Positions 9,235 through 17,656 of a stretch of 64,000 nt of DNA are shown piece by piece. The notes beneath the pieces were generated by a model. The model made no database searches. It was not told the DNA's origin and was given only the letters and a program-made list of their open reading frames with translations. This DNA comes from Oscillospiraceae bacterium. Lineage in GTDB: Bacteria > Bacillota > Clostridia > Oscillospirales > Oscillospiraceae. Both the position numbers and the translations under genes were made by a program. Numbering within the stretch: the stretch's first letter is position 1; each line of letters begins with the position of its first letter. Location: the NCBI GenBank assembly GCA_902778285.1, contig CACYXC010000010.1, forward strand, positions 9,323 to 73,322. The letters run 5' to 3'.

Positions 9235-9821
9235 GGACGGCACAGATCGAACGCAAAACGGCGGAGACGGACATCAGCCTGCGCCTGAATCTGGACGGCT
9301 GCGGCGAGTGCAGCGTGAGCAGCGGCGTGGGCTTTCTCGACCACATGCTGACGCTCTTTGCCCGCCACAGCGGCTTTGATCTGACGCTCAGCTGCGTGGG
9401 CGACACAGAGGTCGACGATCATCACAGTGTCGAGGATATCGGCATCTGCCTCGGCCGCGCGCTGGCCGAGGCGCTGGACGAGAAGCGCGGCGTGGCCCGC
9501 TACGGCGATATCACGCTGCCGATGGACGAGGCGCTGATCCTTGCGGCGGTCGACCTGTCCGGCCGCGGCGCCTTCTTCAGCGAGCTCTCGATCCCGACGC
9601 AGAAGGTCGGCAGCTTCGACACGGAGCTGGTGGAGGAGTTTTTCATCGCTCTCTGCCGCGAGGCCGGCATCACGCTGCACCTGCGGCAGCTCTCGGGACG
9701 CAACAGCCACCACATCATCGAGGGCTGCTTCAAGGCCTTCGCGCGCGCGCTGGCCAAGGCGGCGGCGATCGACGGGAAGAACCTGGGCCGCGTGCCCTCG
9801 ACCAAGGGGATGCTGGTATGA
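9231..9821 (+). CDS. hisB: Imidazoleglycerol-phosphate dehydratase
   Basis: MRTAQIERKTAETDISLRLNLDG...GFLDHML...DDHHSVEDIGI...NSHHIIEG... Confidence 0.9.
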   Translation: MRTAQIERKTAETDISLRLNLDGCGECSVSSGVGFLDHMLTLFARHSGFDLTLSCVGDTEVDDHHSVEDIGICLGRALAEALDEKRGVARYGDITLPMDEALILAAVDLSGRGAFFSELSIPTQKVGSFDTELVEEFFIALCREAGITLHLRQLSGRNSHHIIEGCFKAFARALAKAAAIDGKNLGRVPSTKGMLV

Positions 9822-10432
9822 TCGCGGTCGTGGATTACGGCGTGGGCAATCTCTTCTCGCTCTGCTCCTCGCTCCGCGCCATTGGGGCGGAGGCGGTCGT
9901 AACGAACGAGAAAAGCGTTCTCCGCAGCGCCGACAAGATCATCCTGCCCGGCGTCGGCGCTTTTGGCGACGCGGCTGAAAAGCTGCGGGAGCAGGGGATT
10001 GATTCGCTGCTGACCGAACAGGCCGCGCAGGGCAGGGAGATCCTCGGCATCTGCCTCGGCATGCAGCTTCTCTTTGAGAGCAGCGAGGAATATGGCTTTC
10101 ATCGCGGTCTCGGCCTGCTCAAGGGCCGCGTCGTTGCGATGGAGGGAAGGCTCCCGCCTGAGCTGAAGATCCCGCACATCGGCTGGAACGCGCTGCGTTT
10201 CCGGCGTGACCACAGGCTTCTGCGTTATATCCACGACGGAGACTGCGTGTACTTTGTGCACTCTTTCTATGCGGAGGACTGCAGCGACAGCCTCGTTGCC
10301 GCGGCGGAGTACGGCCGGGAAATCACGGCGATCGTCGGAAGCGGCAATGTGATGGGCTGCCAGTTCCACCCGGAGAAGAGCGGCGGCGTGGGTCTGAACA
10401 TTTTGAGAGCATTCTGTGAGGAGACGGCATGA
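9818..10432 (+). CDS. hisH: Imidazole glycerol phosphate synthase, glutaminase subunit
   Basis: MIAVVDYGVGNLFS...ILPGVGAFG...GICLGMQLL...PHIGWN...FVHSF... Confidence 0.9.
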   Translation: MIAVVDYGVGNLFSLCSSLRAIGAEAVVTNEKSVLRSADKIILPGVGAFGDAAEKLREQGIDSLLTEQAAQGREILGICLGMQLLFESSEEYGFHRGLGLLKGRVVAMEGRLPPELKIPHIGWNALRFRRDHRLLRYIHDGDCVYFVHSFYAEDCSDSLVAAAEYGREITAIVGSGNVMGCQFHPEKSGGVGLNILRAFCEETA

Positions 10433-11142
10433 TCCTTCTGCCAGCAATCGATCTCTACGAGCAAAAAGCCGTGAGGCTGTATAAGGGCGACTACGCGCGG
10501 ATGACCGTCTACAGCGAACAGCCCCTTGACGTCGCGCGGAACTTCGCCGCGGCCGGCGCCGGGTGGGTCCACATGGTGGATCTCGAGGGCGCGAGGGACG
10601 GGGACACGCCGAATCTCGACATCGTATCGGAGATCGTGCACGAGACCGCGCTGAAGGCCGAGATCGGCGGCGGCATCCGGAAGATGGAGACCGCGCAGCG
10701 CTATCTCGACGCAGGGGTCAAACGCGTGATCCTCGGCACGGCGGCGATCACGGACGAGGGCTTTCTGCGCGAAGCGCTTTTGGCCTTCGGCGCAGCCGTC
10801 GCTGTCGGCGCCGATGTGAAGGACGGCTGTATTGCCATCCGCGGCTGGCGGGAGCAGTCCGCTCAGACGCTGGAAGCCTTTCTCGGGCGCATGGAGGAGC
10901 TTGGCGTCCGGACCGTGATTTGCACCGATATCTCCCGCGACGGCGCGATGCGCGGTATGAACTTGGCGCTCTACCGCGAGCTCTCGCAGCGCTTTTCGAT
11001 GGATCTGATCGCCTCCGGCGGCGTGAGCAGTCTGGAGGATATCCGCGCGCTGCGCGGGCAGGGCCTGTACGGCGCGATCCTCGGCAAGGCGTATTACACG
11101 GGCGCGGTCGATCTGCGCGAGGCACTGGAGGCGGCAAGATGA
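10429..11142 (+). CDS. hisA: ProFAR isomerase
   Basis: MILLPAIDLYEQKAVRLYKGDY...VHMVDLEGA...TDISRDG... Confidence 0.9.
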   Translation: MILLPAIDLYEQKAVRLYKGDYARMTVYSEQPLDVARNFAAAGAGWVHMVDLEGARDGDTPNLDIVSEIVHETALKAEIGGGIRKMETAQRYLDAGVKRVILGTAAITDEGFLREALLAFGAAVAVGADVKDGCIAIRGWREQSAQTLEAFLGRMEELGVRTVICTDISRDGAMRGMNLALYRELSQRFSMDLIASGGVSSLEDIRALRGQGLYGAILGKAYYTGAVDLREALEAAR

Positions 11143-11897
11143 TCACAAAACGAATCATTCCCTGTCTGGACGTGAGAAACGGCCGGGTGGTCAAGGGCGT
11201 CAATTTTCAGGGTCTGCAGGATGTGGATTCACCGGTGGCGCTGGGGAAGTACTACTCCGACAGCGGCGCGGACGAATTGGTGTTCTACGACATCACGGCC
11301 TCCTATGAGGACCGCGCGCTGTTCACCGACATCCTGACCGAGGTCGCCCGCACGATCTTTATTCCATTGACCGTGGGCGGCGGCATCAATACCGTGGACG
11401 ATTTTGACCGCGTGCTCAAATGCGGCGCGGACAAGGTCAGCGTCAACTCCGGCGCGATCCGCGACCCCTCGCTGGTGCGCGAGGCGGCGCTGAAATACGG
11501 CGACCAGTGCGTGGTGCTCTCGGCGGATATCAAGCGCGTGGACGGCTTTTTCTGCGTCTTCGCCAGGGGCGGGCGCGAGAACACGGGAATGGAGGCCATC
11601 GACTGGATCAAGCGCTGTGTCGCAAACGGCGCGGGAGAGGTCGTTGTCAACTCCATCGACACCGACGGTGTAAAGGGCGGCTTCGATCTCGAGATGCTGC
11701 AGGCCGTGTGCGACGCCGTGAAGGTGCCGGTGATCGCCTCCGGCGGCGCGGGCTCGCAGGCGGATTTCGTGGAGCTGTTTCGGAAGGTCCCCGCGGTGGA
11801 CGCGGGGCTTGCGGCCTCGGTCTTCCACTTCGGCCAGATCGCGATCCCGGAGCTCAAGCGCTGCCTGCGCGACAACAACATCAATGTGAGGCTTTGA
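11139..11897 (+). CDS. hisF: Imidazole glycerol phosphate synthase, cyclase subunit
   Basis: [24 protein letters not shown]...LVFYDITAS...TVGGGI...VNSIDTDG... ATG 11139 overlaps the hisA stop. Confidence 0.9.
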   Translation: MITKRIIPCLDVRNGRVVKGVNFQGLQDVDSPVALGKYYSDSGADELVFYDITASYEDRALFTDILTEVARTIFIPLTVGGGINTVDDFDRVLKCGADKVSVNSGAIRDPSLVREAALKYGDQCVVLSADIKRVDGFFCVFARGGRENTGMEAIDWIKRCVANGAGEVVVNSIDTDGVKGGFDLEMLQAVCDAVKVPVIASGGAGSQADFVELFRKVPAVDAGLAASVFHFGQIAIPELKRCLRDNNINVRL

Positions 11898-11898
11898 C

Positions 11899-12546
11899 AT
11901 GATCGATATCAGCGAACTGAAATTCGACGAGCGCGGGCTGATCCCCGCGATCGTTGCGGACGCGGAGAGCAAAAAAGTGCTGACCCTCGCCTATATGAAC
12001 CGGGAGAGCCTGACGATCTCGATGGAAAAGGGGCTTACCTGCTTCTGGAGCCGCTCGCGGCAGGAGCTGTGGCTGAAAGGGGAGACGAGCGGGAACTATC
12101 AGCATATCGTCTCCATCACGGCCGACTGCGATAAAGACGCGCTGCTGGTGCTTGTGGAAAAAGACGGGCCGGCCTGCCATCTCGGCACGGACTCCTGTTT
12201 TACGAATCCCCTCTGGCAGAGTCCGGAGCGCTCCGCTTTTTCTCTCGACGGCCTCTATGCGCTGCTCGAGGACAGAAAGGCCGAGCGTCCCGAGGGCTCC
12301 TATACCAGCTATCTCTTTGACAAGGGCCTCGACAAGATCCTCAAAAAGGTGGGGGAGGAGTGCACCGAGGTCATCATCGCCGGCAAGGCCGAAGATCGTC
12401 GGGAGACCGTATACGAGATCGCAGACCTTTGCTATCATGTCATGGTCCTGATGGTGCAGATGGGCATCCCTCCTGCTGAGATTGAGAAGGAGCTGGCCTC
12501 GCGGCATATCATCGATCACAAGGTCAAGCAGGAGAAGATGGTATGA
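11899..12546 (+). CDS. hisIE: Bifunctional phosphoribosyl-AMP cyclohydrolase / phosphoribosyl-ATP diphosphatase
   Basis: ...AYMNRESL...[18 protein letters not shown]...CDKDALL...CH.G..SCF, followed by a HisE-like C-terminal half. Confidence 0.9.
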   Translation: MIDISELKFDERGLIPAIVADAESKKVLTLAYMNRESLTISMEKGLTCFWSRSRQELWLKGETSGNYQHIVSITADCDKDALLVLVEKDGPACHLGTDSCFTNPLWQSPERSAFSLDGLYALLEDRKAERPEGSYTSYLFDKGLDKILKKVGEECTEVIIAGKAEDRRETVYEIADLCYHVMVLMVQMGIPPAEIEKELASRHIIDHKVKQEKMV

Positions 12547-13316
12547 GCCTCAACAACTATCACACTCACAGCAGGTACTGCGACGGCAGGGACCGCCCCA
12601 AGGCCATGATCCGGCGTGCGATCGCTCTGGGCTGTGAGGAGCTGGGCTTTTCCGGGCACGCCTATGTCGACTTCGACGACTGCTGCATGACGCCGGAGGG
12701 CACGGAGGCCTACAAGCGCGAGATCCGCAGGCTGAAAGAGAAGTATGCCGACAAGATCCGTATCCTCCTCGGCGTGGAGCAGGATTACTACTCACCGCTC
12801 CCCACGGACGACTACGAGTATGTGATCGGTTCCGTGCACTATCTCCAGAAAGACGGCAAATATCTGACCGTCGACCACACGAGGGAAAAGCAGATCCGCA
12901 TCGTGCGCGAGTATTACGGCGGGGACTACTACGCCTTCATCGAGCAGTACTATGCCATGGTCGGAGAGATCTACGAGAGAACGCACTGCGATATCGTCGG
13001 CCATTTTGATCTCGTCACAAAGTTCAACGAGGACGGCAGTCTCTTCGACACCTCCCATCCCCGTTACCGCGCGGCGGCGCTTGCGGCGCTCGACAGGCTC
13101 TGCGCCTGTCCCGTGATCTTCGAGGTCAATACCGGCGCCATCGCCCGCGGCTATCGGAAGACGCCTTACCCAGAAAACTGGCTCCTTGACGAGCTGCGCC
13201 GGCGAAAAATGCCTCTGCTGCTGTGCTCCGACTGCCATGACCGGCGCTTTTTGCTGTGCGGAATGGATGAGCTGAAACAGAAGATCCCGGAAGCCAGGGA
13301 GAAACTATTTGGTTAA
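12543..13316 (+). CDS. hisJ: PHP-family histidinol-phosphatase
   Basis: [15 protein letters not shown]...GFSGHA... with PHP-domain His clusters. Last gene of the his operon. Confidence 0.8.
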   Translation: MSLNNYHTHSRYCDGRDRPKAMIRRAIALGCEELGFSGHAYVDFDDCCMTPEGTEAYKREIRRLKEKYADKIRILLGVEQDYYSPLPTDDYEYVIGSVHYLQKDGKYLTVDHTREKQIRIVREYYGGDYYAFIEQYYAMVGEIYERTHCDIVGHFDLVTKFNEDGSLFDTSHPRYRAAALAALDRLCACPVIFEVNTGAIARGYRKTPYPENWLLDELRRRKMPLLLCSDCHDRRFLLCGMDELKQKIPEAREKLFG

Positions 13317-13331
13317 AACGCTAAATTGTTG

Positions 13332-13360
13332 TTGCATTTTGTTGTGCAGTATGCTATGAT
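13332..13360 (+). promoter_or_regulatory. Promoter upstream of the glycine riboswitch
   Basis: TTGCAT (13332..13337), 17 nt, extended -10 TGCTATGAT (13352..13360). Confidence 0.55.
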
Positions 13361-13409
13361 GCATGCGTAACAAGTTCATATCCCTTGAAGCTCTCCGAAT
13401 ACGTTGTAG

Positions 13410-13555
13410 ACAGAGGGCGGAGGAACTCTGGAGAATCTCATGCTGCATGAGTGCCGAAGGTGCAAGGCCGGAAACGGCCGAATCTCTCAGGCCAAAGGAC
13501 AGAGCACACAGTCGGCGGCCTTGCGTGTATTGTCCAGGCCGCCGACTGTCATTAT
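13410..13555 (+). promoter_or_regulatory. Glycine riboswitch (single recognisable aptamer) with terminator-like expression platform
   Basis: CTCTGGAGAA-[P2 hairpin]-GCCGAAGGTGCAA-[GGCCGGAAACGGCC]-GAATCTCTCAGGCCAAAGGACAGAG matches the glycine aptamer core (CUCUGGAGAG...GCCGAAGGrGCAA...CUCUCAGGCAAAAGGAC). It is followed by the 13-bp-arm hairpin ACAGTCGGCGGCC/GGCCGCCGACTGT (13508..13549). The downstream gene is an alanine/glycine:cation symporter. Confidence 0.75.
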
Positions 13556-13628
13556 TCGCAATTGCTTTGAAAGAAGGAGCTCCTTCTTTGCGCGCAGGAG
13601 AGGAAACTAACGGAAAGGACAAGAGAGA

Positions 13629-15029
13629 ATGGATACTTTTATTTCCAAAGTGGAAGCCGTCAACGGCGCAGTAAACAGCTTCGCGTGGGGGCCGCTGATG
13701 CTCCTGCTGCTGGTCGGCACCGGCGTCTATCTGACCGTTCGCGTCAAGTGGCTGCAGGTCACGCATTTCGGCCGCATCCTGAAAAATACGATCGGTACCC
13801 TGTTTCGGAAAAAGTCCGCGAAGGAGCACGGCGCGAACATCTCCGCCTTCGAGGCTGTCAGTACCGCCCTCGCGGGCACGGTGGGCACCGGCAATATCGC
13901 GGGCGTGACCGGCGCGATCTTCACCGGCGGCGCGGGCGCGGTGTTCTGGATGTGGGTCGCGGCCTTCTTTGGCATGGTTACCAAATACGCCGAGATCGTG
14001 CTGGCCATGAAGTACCGCGTCAAGGACGAAAACGGCGTCTACCACGGCGGGCCGATGTACTATATCGAAAACGGCATCGGCAGGGGCTGGAAATGGCTGG
14101 CCGTGATCTTCAGTCTGCTGGGCGGCCTCGCCACCTTCGGCATCGGCAACATCGCCCAGAGCAGTGAGATCGCGGGCGCTCTCGGCGACCTGTTCCATAT
14201 CTCCCCGCTGGTCTCCGGCATTTTGATCGCGGTCGTCGTCGCGCTGGTGACGCTGGGCGGCATCAAGCGCATCGGCAAGGTCACTTCTCTTCTGGTCCCC
14301 TTCATGTCCGCTTTCTACATCCTCGCGGGCCTTGCCGTCATCATCCTGCGTATCACGCAGATCCCCGCGGTGCTCGGGCAGATCTTCGCCGGGGCCTTCT
14401 CCTTCAAGAGCGTCGGCGGCGGCCTCTTCGGCTATACCATCATGATGGCCATGAAGCAGGGCTTCGCCCGCGGCGTCTTCTCCAATGAGGCCGGTCTCGG
14501 CTCCGCGCCGATTGCCCATGCCGCCTCCTCCACCGAGGAGCCCTGCGAGCAGGCGATCTGGGGCGTGTTCGAGGTCTTTATCGACACCATTGTGATCTGC
14601 AGCATCACCGCCTTCGCCGTGCTGCTCTCCGGCATCCTGAATGTCGACGGCGGGCTTTCCGCCTACGCCTCCAAGGGCGCGGCGGCCGCGGCGGCTTTCA
14701 ACACGATTCTGCCCGGCACGCTCGGCGGCAAGATCATCGAGCTGAGCCTGCTGTTCTTCGCTCTGTCCACGATCCTCTCCTGGGGCTACTACGGCGAGAA
14801 TTTCTGGGGCTATCTGACCGGCAACAACAAGATCGTTGTGCTGATCTACAAGATCGTTTTCGCGCTGGTCTGCATTGTCGGCGCCGTCGGCTCCGGCACG
14901 CTGATGTGGGATATCGCCGACACGCTCAACGGTCTGATGGCGATCCCCAACCTGATCGCGCTGCTGCTGCTCTCCGGCGTCGTGACCAGGCTCACGAAGG
15001 ACTATTTCTCGAAGAATATGAAGAAATAA
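13629..15029 (+). CDS. Alanine/glycine:cation symporter (AGCS family)
   Basis: 466 aa, polytopic; ...ISAFEAVSTALAGTVGTGNIAGVTGAI..GGAGAVFWMW... is typical of AGCS transporters. The minus ORF 13305..14519 is an antisense shadow. Confidence 0.85.
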   Translation: MDTFISKVEAVNGAVNSFAWGPLMLLLLVGTGVYLTVRVKWLQVTHFGRILKNTIGTLFRKKSAKEHGANISAFEAVSTALAGTVGTGNIAGVTGAIFTGGAGAVFWMWVAAFFGMVTKYAEIVLAMKYRVKDENGVYHGGPMYYIENGIGRGWKWLAVIFSLLGGLATFGIGNIAQSSEIAGALGDLFHISPLVSGILIAVVVALVTLGGIKRIGKVTSLLVPFMSAFYILAGLAVIILRITQIPAVLGQIFAGAFSFKSVGGGLFGYTIMMAMKQGFARGVFSNEAGLGSAPIAHAASSTEEPCEQAIWGVFEVFIDTIVICSITAFAVLLSGILNVDGGLSAYASKGAAAAAAFNTILPGTLGGKIIELSLLFFALSTILSWGYYGENFWGYLTGNNKIVVLIYKIVFALVCIVGAVGSGTLMWDIADTLNGLMAIPNLIALLLLSGVVTRLTKDYFSKNMKK

Positions 15030-15093
15030 GCAAGCGCAAAGAGCGAGCGAAATGAATGGAAAACAAAAAGAACCGCACCTCGTGAGGTGCGGT

Positions 15094-15256
15094 CAAGCTG
15101 TCGACAAAGTGTCGACAGCTTGAAAGGCAAAAACAGAAACATTCGAAAATGTTCCTGTTTTTGCTGACATTGAAATGCGAGAGGGAAAAACCAATCCCCT
15201 CTCGCGCTCTCCCCATGCGCGTCCATCCTGGTCGCGTTGGGTTTGTCTACAGTCTG
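15094..15256 (-). mobile_element. MITE-like structured repeat, copy C (long form, variant A/T hairpin)
   Basis: Full element in reverse orientation. It is flanked by identical 22-bp direct copies of the hairpin ACCGCACCTCGTGAGGTGCGGT (15072..15093 and 15257..15278). The outer A-run and T-run (AAAAAGA / TCTTTTT) show that one bidirectional terminator between the symporter and secG was split and duplicated. Confidence 0.85.
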
Positions 15257-15299
15257 ACCGCACCTCGTGAGGTGCGGTTCTTTTTGCTATCAATTTATC

Positions 15300-15542
15300 T
15301 TACAGCAGGCTCAGGTTCAGGATCAGCGTCAGAACGACGAAGCCCAGCGCGAACCACTTGGTGGCCTTGGCAAGCTTTGCGTCCCAGGTCTTGGCCTTAC
15401 CCTTGGACATAAAGGTCTCGGCGCCGCCGGAGATGGCGCCGGAGAGGCCGGCGCTCTTGCCGCTCTGCATCAGCACGATCACGGTCACAGCCAGTCCGGA
15501 GAGGACCTGAAGCACGGTGAAGATAATGGTAACAGCATTCAT
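15300..15542 (-). CDS. secG: Preprotein translocase subunit SecG
   Basis: 80 aa, MNAVTIIFTVLQVLSGLAVTVIVLMQSGKSAGLSGAISGGAETF... A typical SecG with two TM segments. Confidence 0.85.
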   Translation of the reverse strand: MNAVTIIFTVLQVLSGLAVTVIVLMQSGKSAGLSGAISGGAETFMSKGKAKTWDAKLAKATKWFALGFVVLTLILNLSLL

Positions 15543-15708
15543 GTATTTTCAACCCTTTCGATAGTATACCGCTTACAAGCTTTCTGAGTATAACATAAGA
15601 GATTTGTTAATTCAAGTGTTTTTTTTCGCTCCCGGCCTGAAAAATCGGGCACTGTGCTTCGAATTGGCAAAGTACGATCTTTTTTGTCAAAAACTCTGCA
15701 AATAGCCC

Positions 15709-15769
15709 TTTACCAAATTGACTGGTATATGATATAATAGCAAAAAAGTTTAGACATTTTCATGAAAAT
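15709..15769 (+). promoter_or_regulatory. Promoter and palindromic operator candidate upstream of the TetR gene
   Basis: TTTACC (15709..15714), 18 nt, extended -10 TGATATAAT (15730..15738). A perfect 14-bp palindrome ATTTTCATGAAAAT (15756..15769) lies between the -10 and the RBS. Confidence 0.45.
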
Positions 15770-15793
15770 ATCTGAACGATCGGAGGTATAATC

Positions 15794-16351
15794 ATGTCCA
15801 GCAGTACGAAAGAGTCCCTGGCGGCCGCGCTGAAGCAGATGATGGCGGTCAAGCCCATCGACAAGATCACGGTGAAGGATCTGGTAGAGATCTGCGGCGT
15901 CAACCGGCAGACCTTTTACTATCATTTTGACGACGTGTACGACCTTCTCGAATGGGTTTTCGAGGAGGACGCCAACCGCGTGCTCCCGCATGAGGTCGTG
16001 TTTGACCACTGGCGGGAAGACGTGCTGATGTATATGCGCTATCTGCAGGAGAACAGCGTCTTCACGCTCAATGTCTACAACTCCAACAGCAGGCTCTACA
16101 TGCTGCGCTATCTGGAGGGCAAGATGGCGGAGTGTATCCGAAGCTTCGCGGTGATCGTCTCGGAGGGGATGAACATCGACCGACAGGACTTCGAGTTCAC
16201 AGTGAAGTTTTATGCCAAGATCGCGATCGGCTTCATTGCGCACTGGATGGACCTGGGCATGCAGATGCCCAAAGAGATCACCGAGGAGCGTATCCTGCGC
16301 GTGATGGAAAACAGCGTTGAAAGCATTCTGGCGCGTTTCCAGATCAAATAG
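15794..16351 (+). CDS. TetR/AcrR-family transcriptional regulator (DhaS-like subgroup)
   Basis: 185 aa with an N-terminal HTH, ...ITVKDLVEICGVNRQTFYYHFDDVYDLLEW... Confidence 0.8.
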   Translation: MSSSTKESLAAALKQMMAVKPIDKITVKDLVEICGVNRQTFYYHFDDVYDLLEWVFEEDANRVLPHEVVFDHWREDVLMYMRYLQENSVFTLNVYNSNSRLYMLRYLEGKMAECIRSFAVIVSEGMNIDRQDFEFTVKFYAKIAIGFIAHWMDLGMQMPKEITEERILRVMENSVESILARFQIK

Positions 16352-16399
16352 GTGCGACATTCACAAGAATAGATGCTCCCGGCTTCCGGCCGGGGGCAT

Positions 16400-16560
16400 C
16401 AGACTGTAGACAAACCCATTTAGAACAAGTCGGACTTGCATGGGGAGAGCGCGAGAGGGGATTGGTTATTCCCTCTCGCGCTTGATATCCTCAAAAATGA
16501 GAACTTTTTGAAAGTTCTCATTTTTGATTCTCAAGGTGTCGACACTATGTCGACACCTTG
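16400..16560 (+). mobile_element. MITE-like structured repeat, copy D (long form)
   Basis: Complete element. The left flank is the terminator hairpin GATGCTCCCGGCTTCCGGCCGGGGGCATC (16372..16400). On the right, only its first 13 nt (ATGCTCCCGGCTT, 16561..16573) are repeated. Confidence 0.85.
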
Positions 16561-16918
16561 ATGCTCCCGGCTTTAGGGCGCGCAGAATTGGGATACGACA
16601 GCGCAAAAAGGATCATTTCGCGCCTGACGTCGTTGAAAATGCTCGGGATACAGCTCAAGTATTCCTGCGTTTTTCGCCTTGTCCGACACAAAAAACACTT
16701 TTCTTGCGTGCAAAGCAGTTTTGAGCGAGGCATTTTGTTCAGACAATACAGAACAATCCGGGAATACAAGATGTATTTCCTGATTTTTCTGTGCAGTATG
16801 GGCGGAAAAGGGCCGCTCAAAACCTGTCGCCTTCCTGATCTGCGCGCCCTTTCGACCGGGGTCATTTTGCTGAAACAATTCATCATCGCGCCGTATCGTA
16901 TTCCCGACAGTCAAACTG

Positions 16919-16947
16919 TTGCATTTACCGGACTATTGTAGTATAAT
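16919..16947 (+). promoter_or_regulatory. Sigma-A promoter of rpe-recR
   Basis: TTGCAT (16919..16924), 17 nt, TATAAT (16942..16947). Confidence 0.65.
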
Positions 16948-16989
16948 ATCTTGCCATGTTTCAAAACCGATTGCCGGAGGTTCTTCGTT

Positions 16990-17643
16990 ATGCTTAAGAT
17001 CGCACCTTCCATTCTCGCCGCAGATTTTGCCCGTCTGGGCGAAGAGGTCGAAGACATCCGGCGCGGAGGCGCGGACTTTGTGCATGTCGACGTGATGGAC
17101 GGTTGTTTTGTGCCGAACATTTCCGTTGGGATCCCTGTCGTCGCCTCGCTGCGCAAAGCGACCGACATGTTTCTGGATGTGCATCTGATGATCGACCGGC
17201 CGGTGCGCTATGTTGAGCGCTTCTGCAGGGCAGGCGCCGATCTTGTCAATCTCCATGCGGAGGCTGACAGCCTTGAGAACAACTTGGAAGCCCTGCGCAT
17301 CATCCGTGCAAACGGCAAAAAATGCGGCGTGACGCTAAAACCCGCAACGCCTGCCGAGGCTTTGTCTCCCTATCTGGAGCTCGTGGATCTGGTACTGATC
17401 ATGACGGTGGAGCCCGGCTTCGGCGGGCAGAAGTTCATGGATGATATGATGGATAAGGTCCGTGCCGTTCGTCGGATGCTCGACCCCGTAAACCCCGGCT
17501 GCGACGTGGAGGTGGACGGCGGCGTGGACCCGCAGACCGCTCCGATCTGCAAAGCGGCAGGCGCCAATGTTCTGGTCGCCGGCAGCGCCGTTTTCGGAAA
17601 GGCTGACCGTGCGGCAGCTATCGAAGCGATCCGAAATTCTTGA
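16990..17643 (+). CDS. rpe: Ribulose-phosphate 3-epimerase
   Basis: MLKIAPSILAADFARLGEEV...HVDVMDG.FVPN...DVHLM...MTVEPGFGGQKF... ATG 16990 lies behind GGAGG. Confidence 0.9.
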   Translation: MLKIAPSILAADFARLGEEVEDIRRGGADFVHVDVMDGCFVPNISVGIPVVASLRKATDMFLDVHLMIDRPVRYVERFCRAGADLVNLHAEADSLENNLEALRIIRANGKKCGVTLKPATPAEALSPYLELVDLVLIMTVEPGFGGQKFMDDMMDKVRAVRRMLDPVNPGCDVEVDGGVDPQTAPICKAAGANVLVAGSAVFGKADRAAAIEAIRNS

Positions 17644-17656
17644 ACGGAGTAGAGTT

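Noticed and set aside
13363-13674. 103-aa plus-strand ORF upstream of the symporter gene.
   Set aside because: It overlaps the glycine riboswitch aptamer and its terminator hairpin, and it has no RBS or family resemblance.
16575-16851. Perfect 12-bp inverted repeat AGGGCGCGCAGA / TCTGCGCGCCCT separated by ~255 bp, considered as possible TIRs of another element.
   Set aside because: Complementarity does not extend beyond 12-13 bp. About one such GC-rich match within 300 bp is expected by chance in a 64-kb high-GC window. I saw no additional copies.
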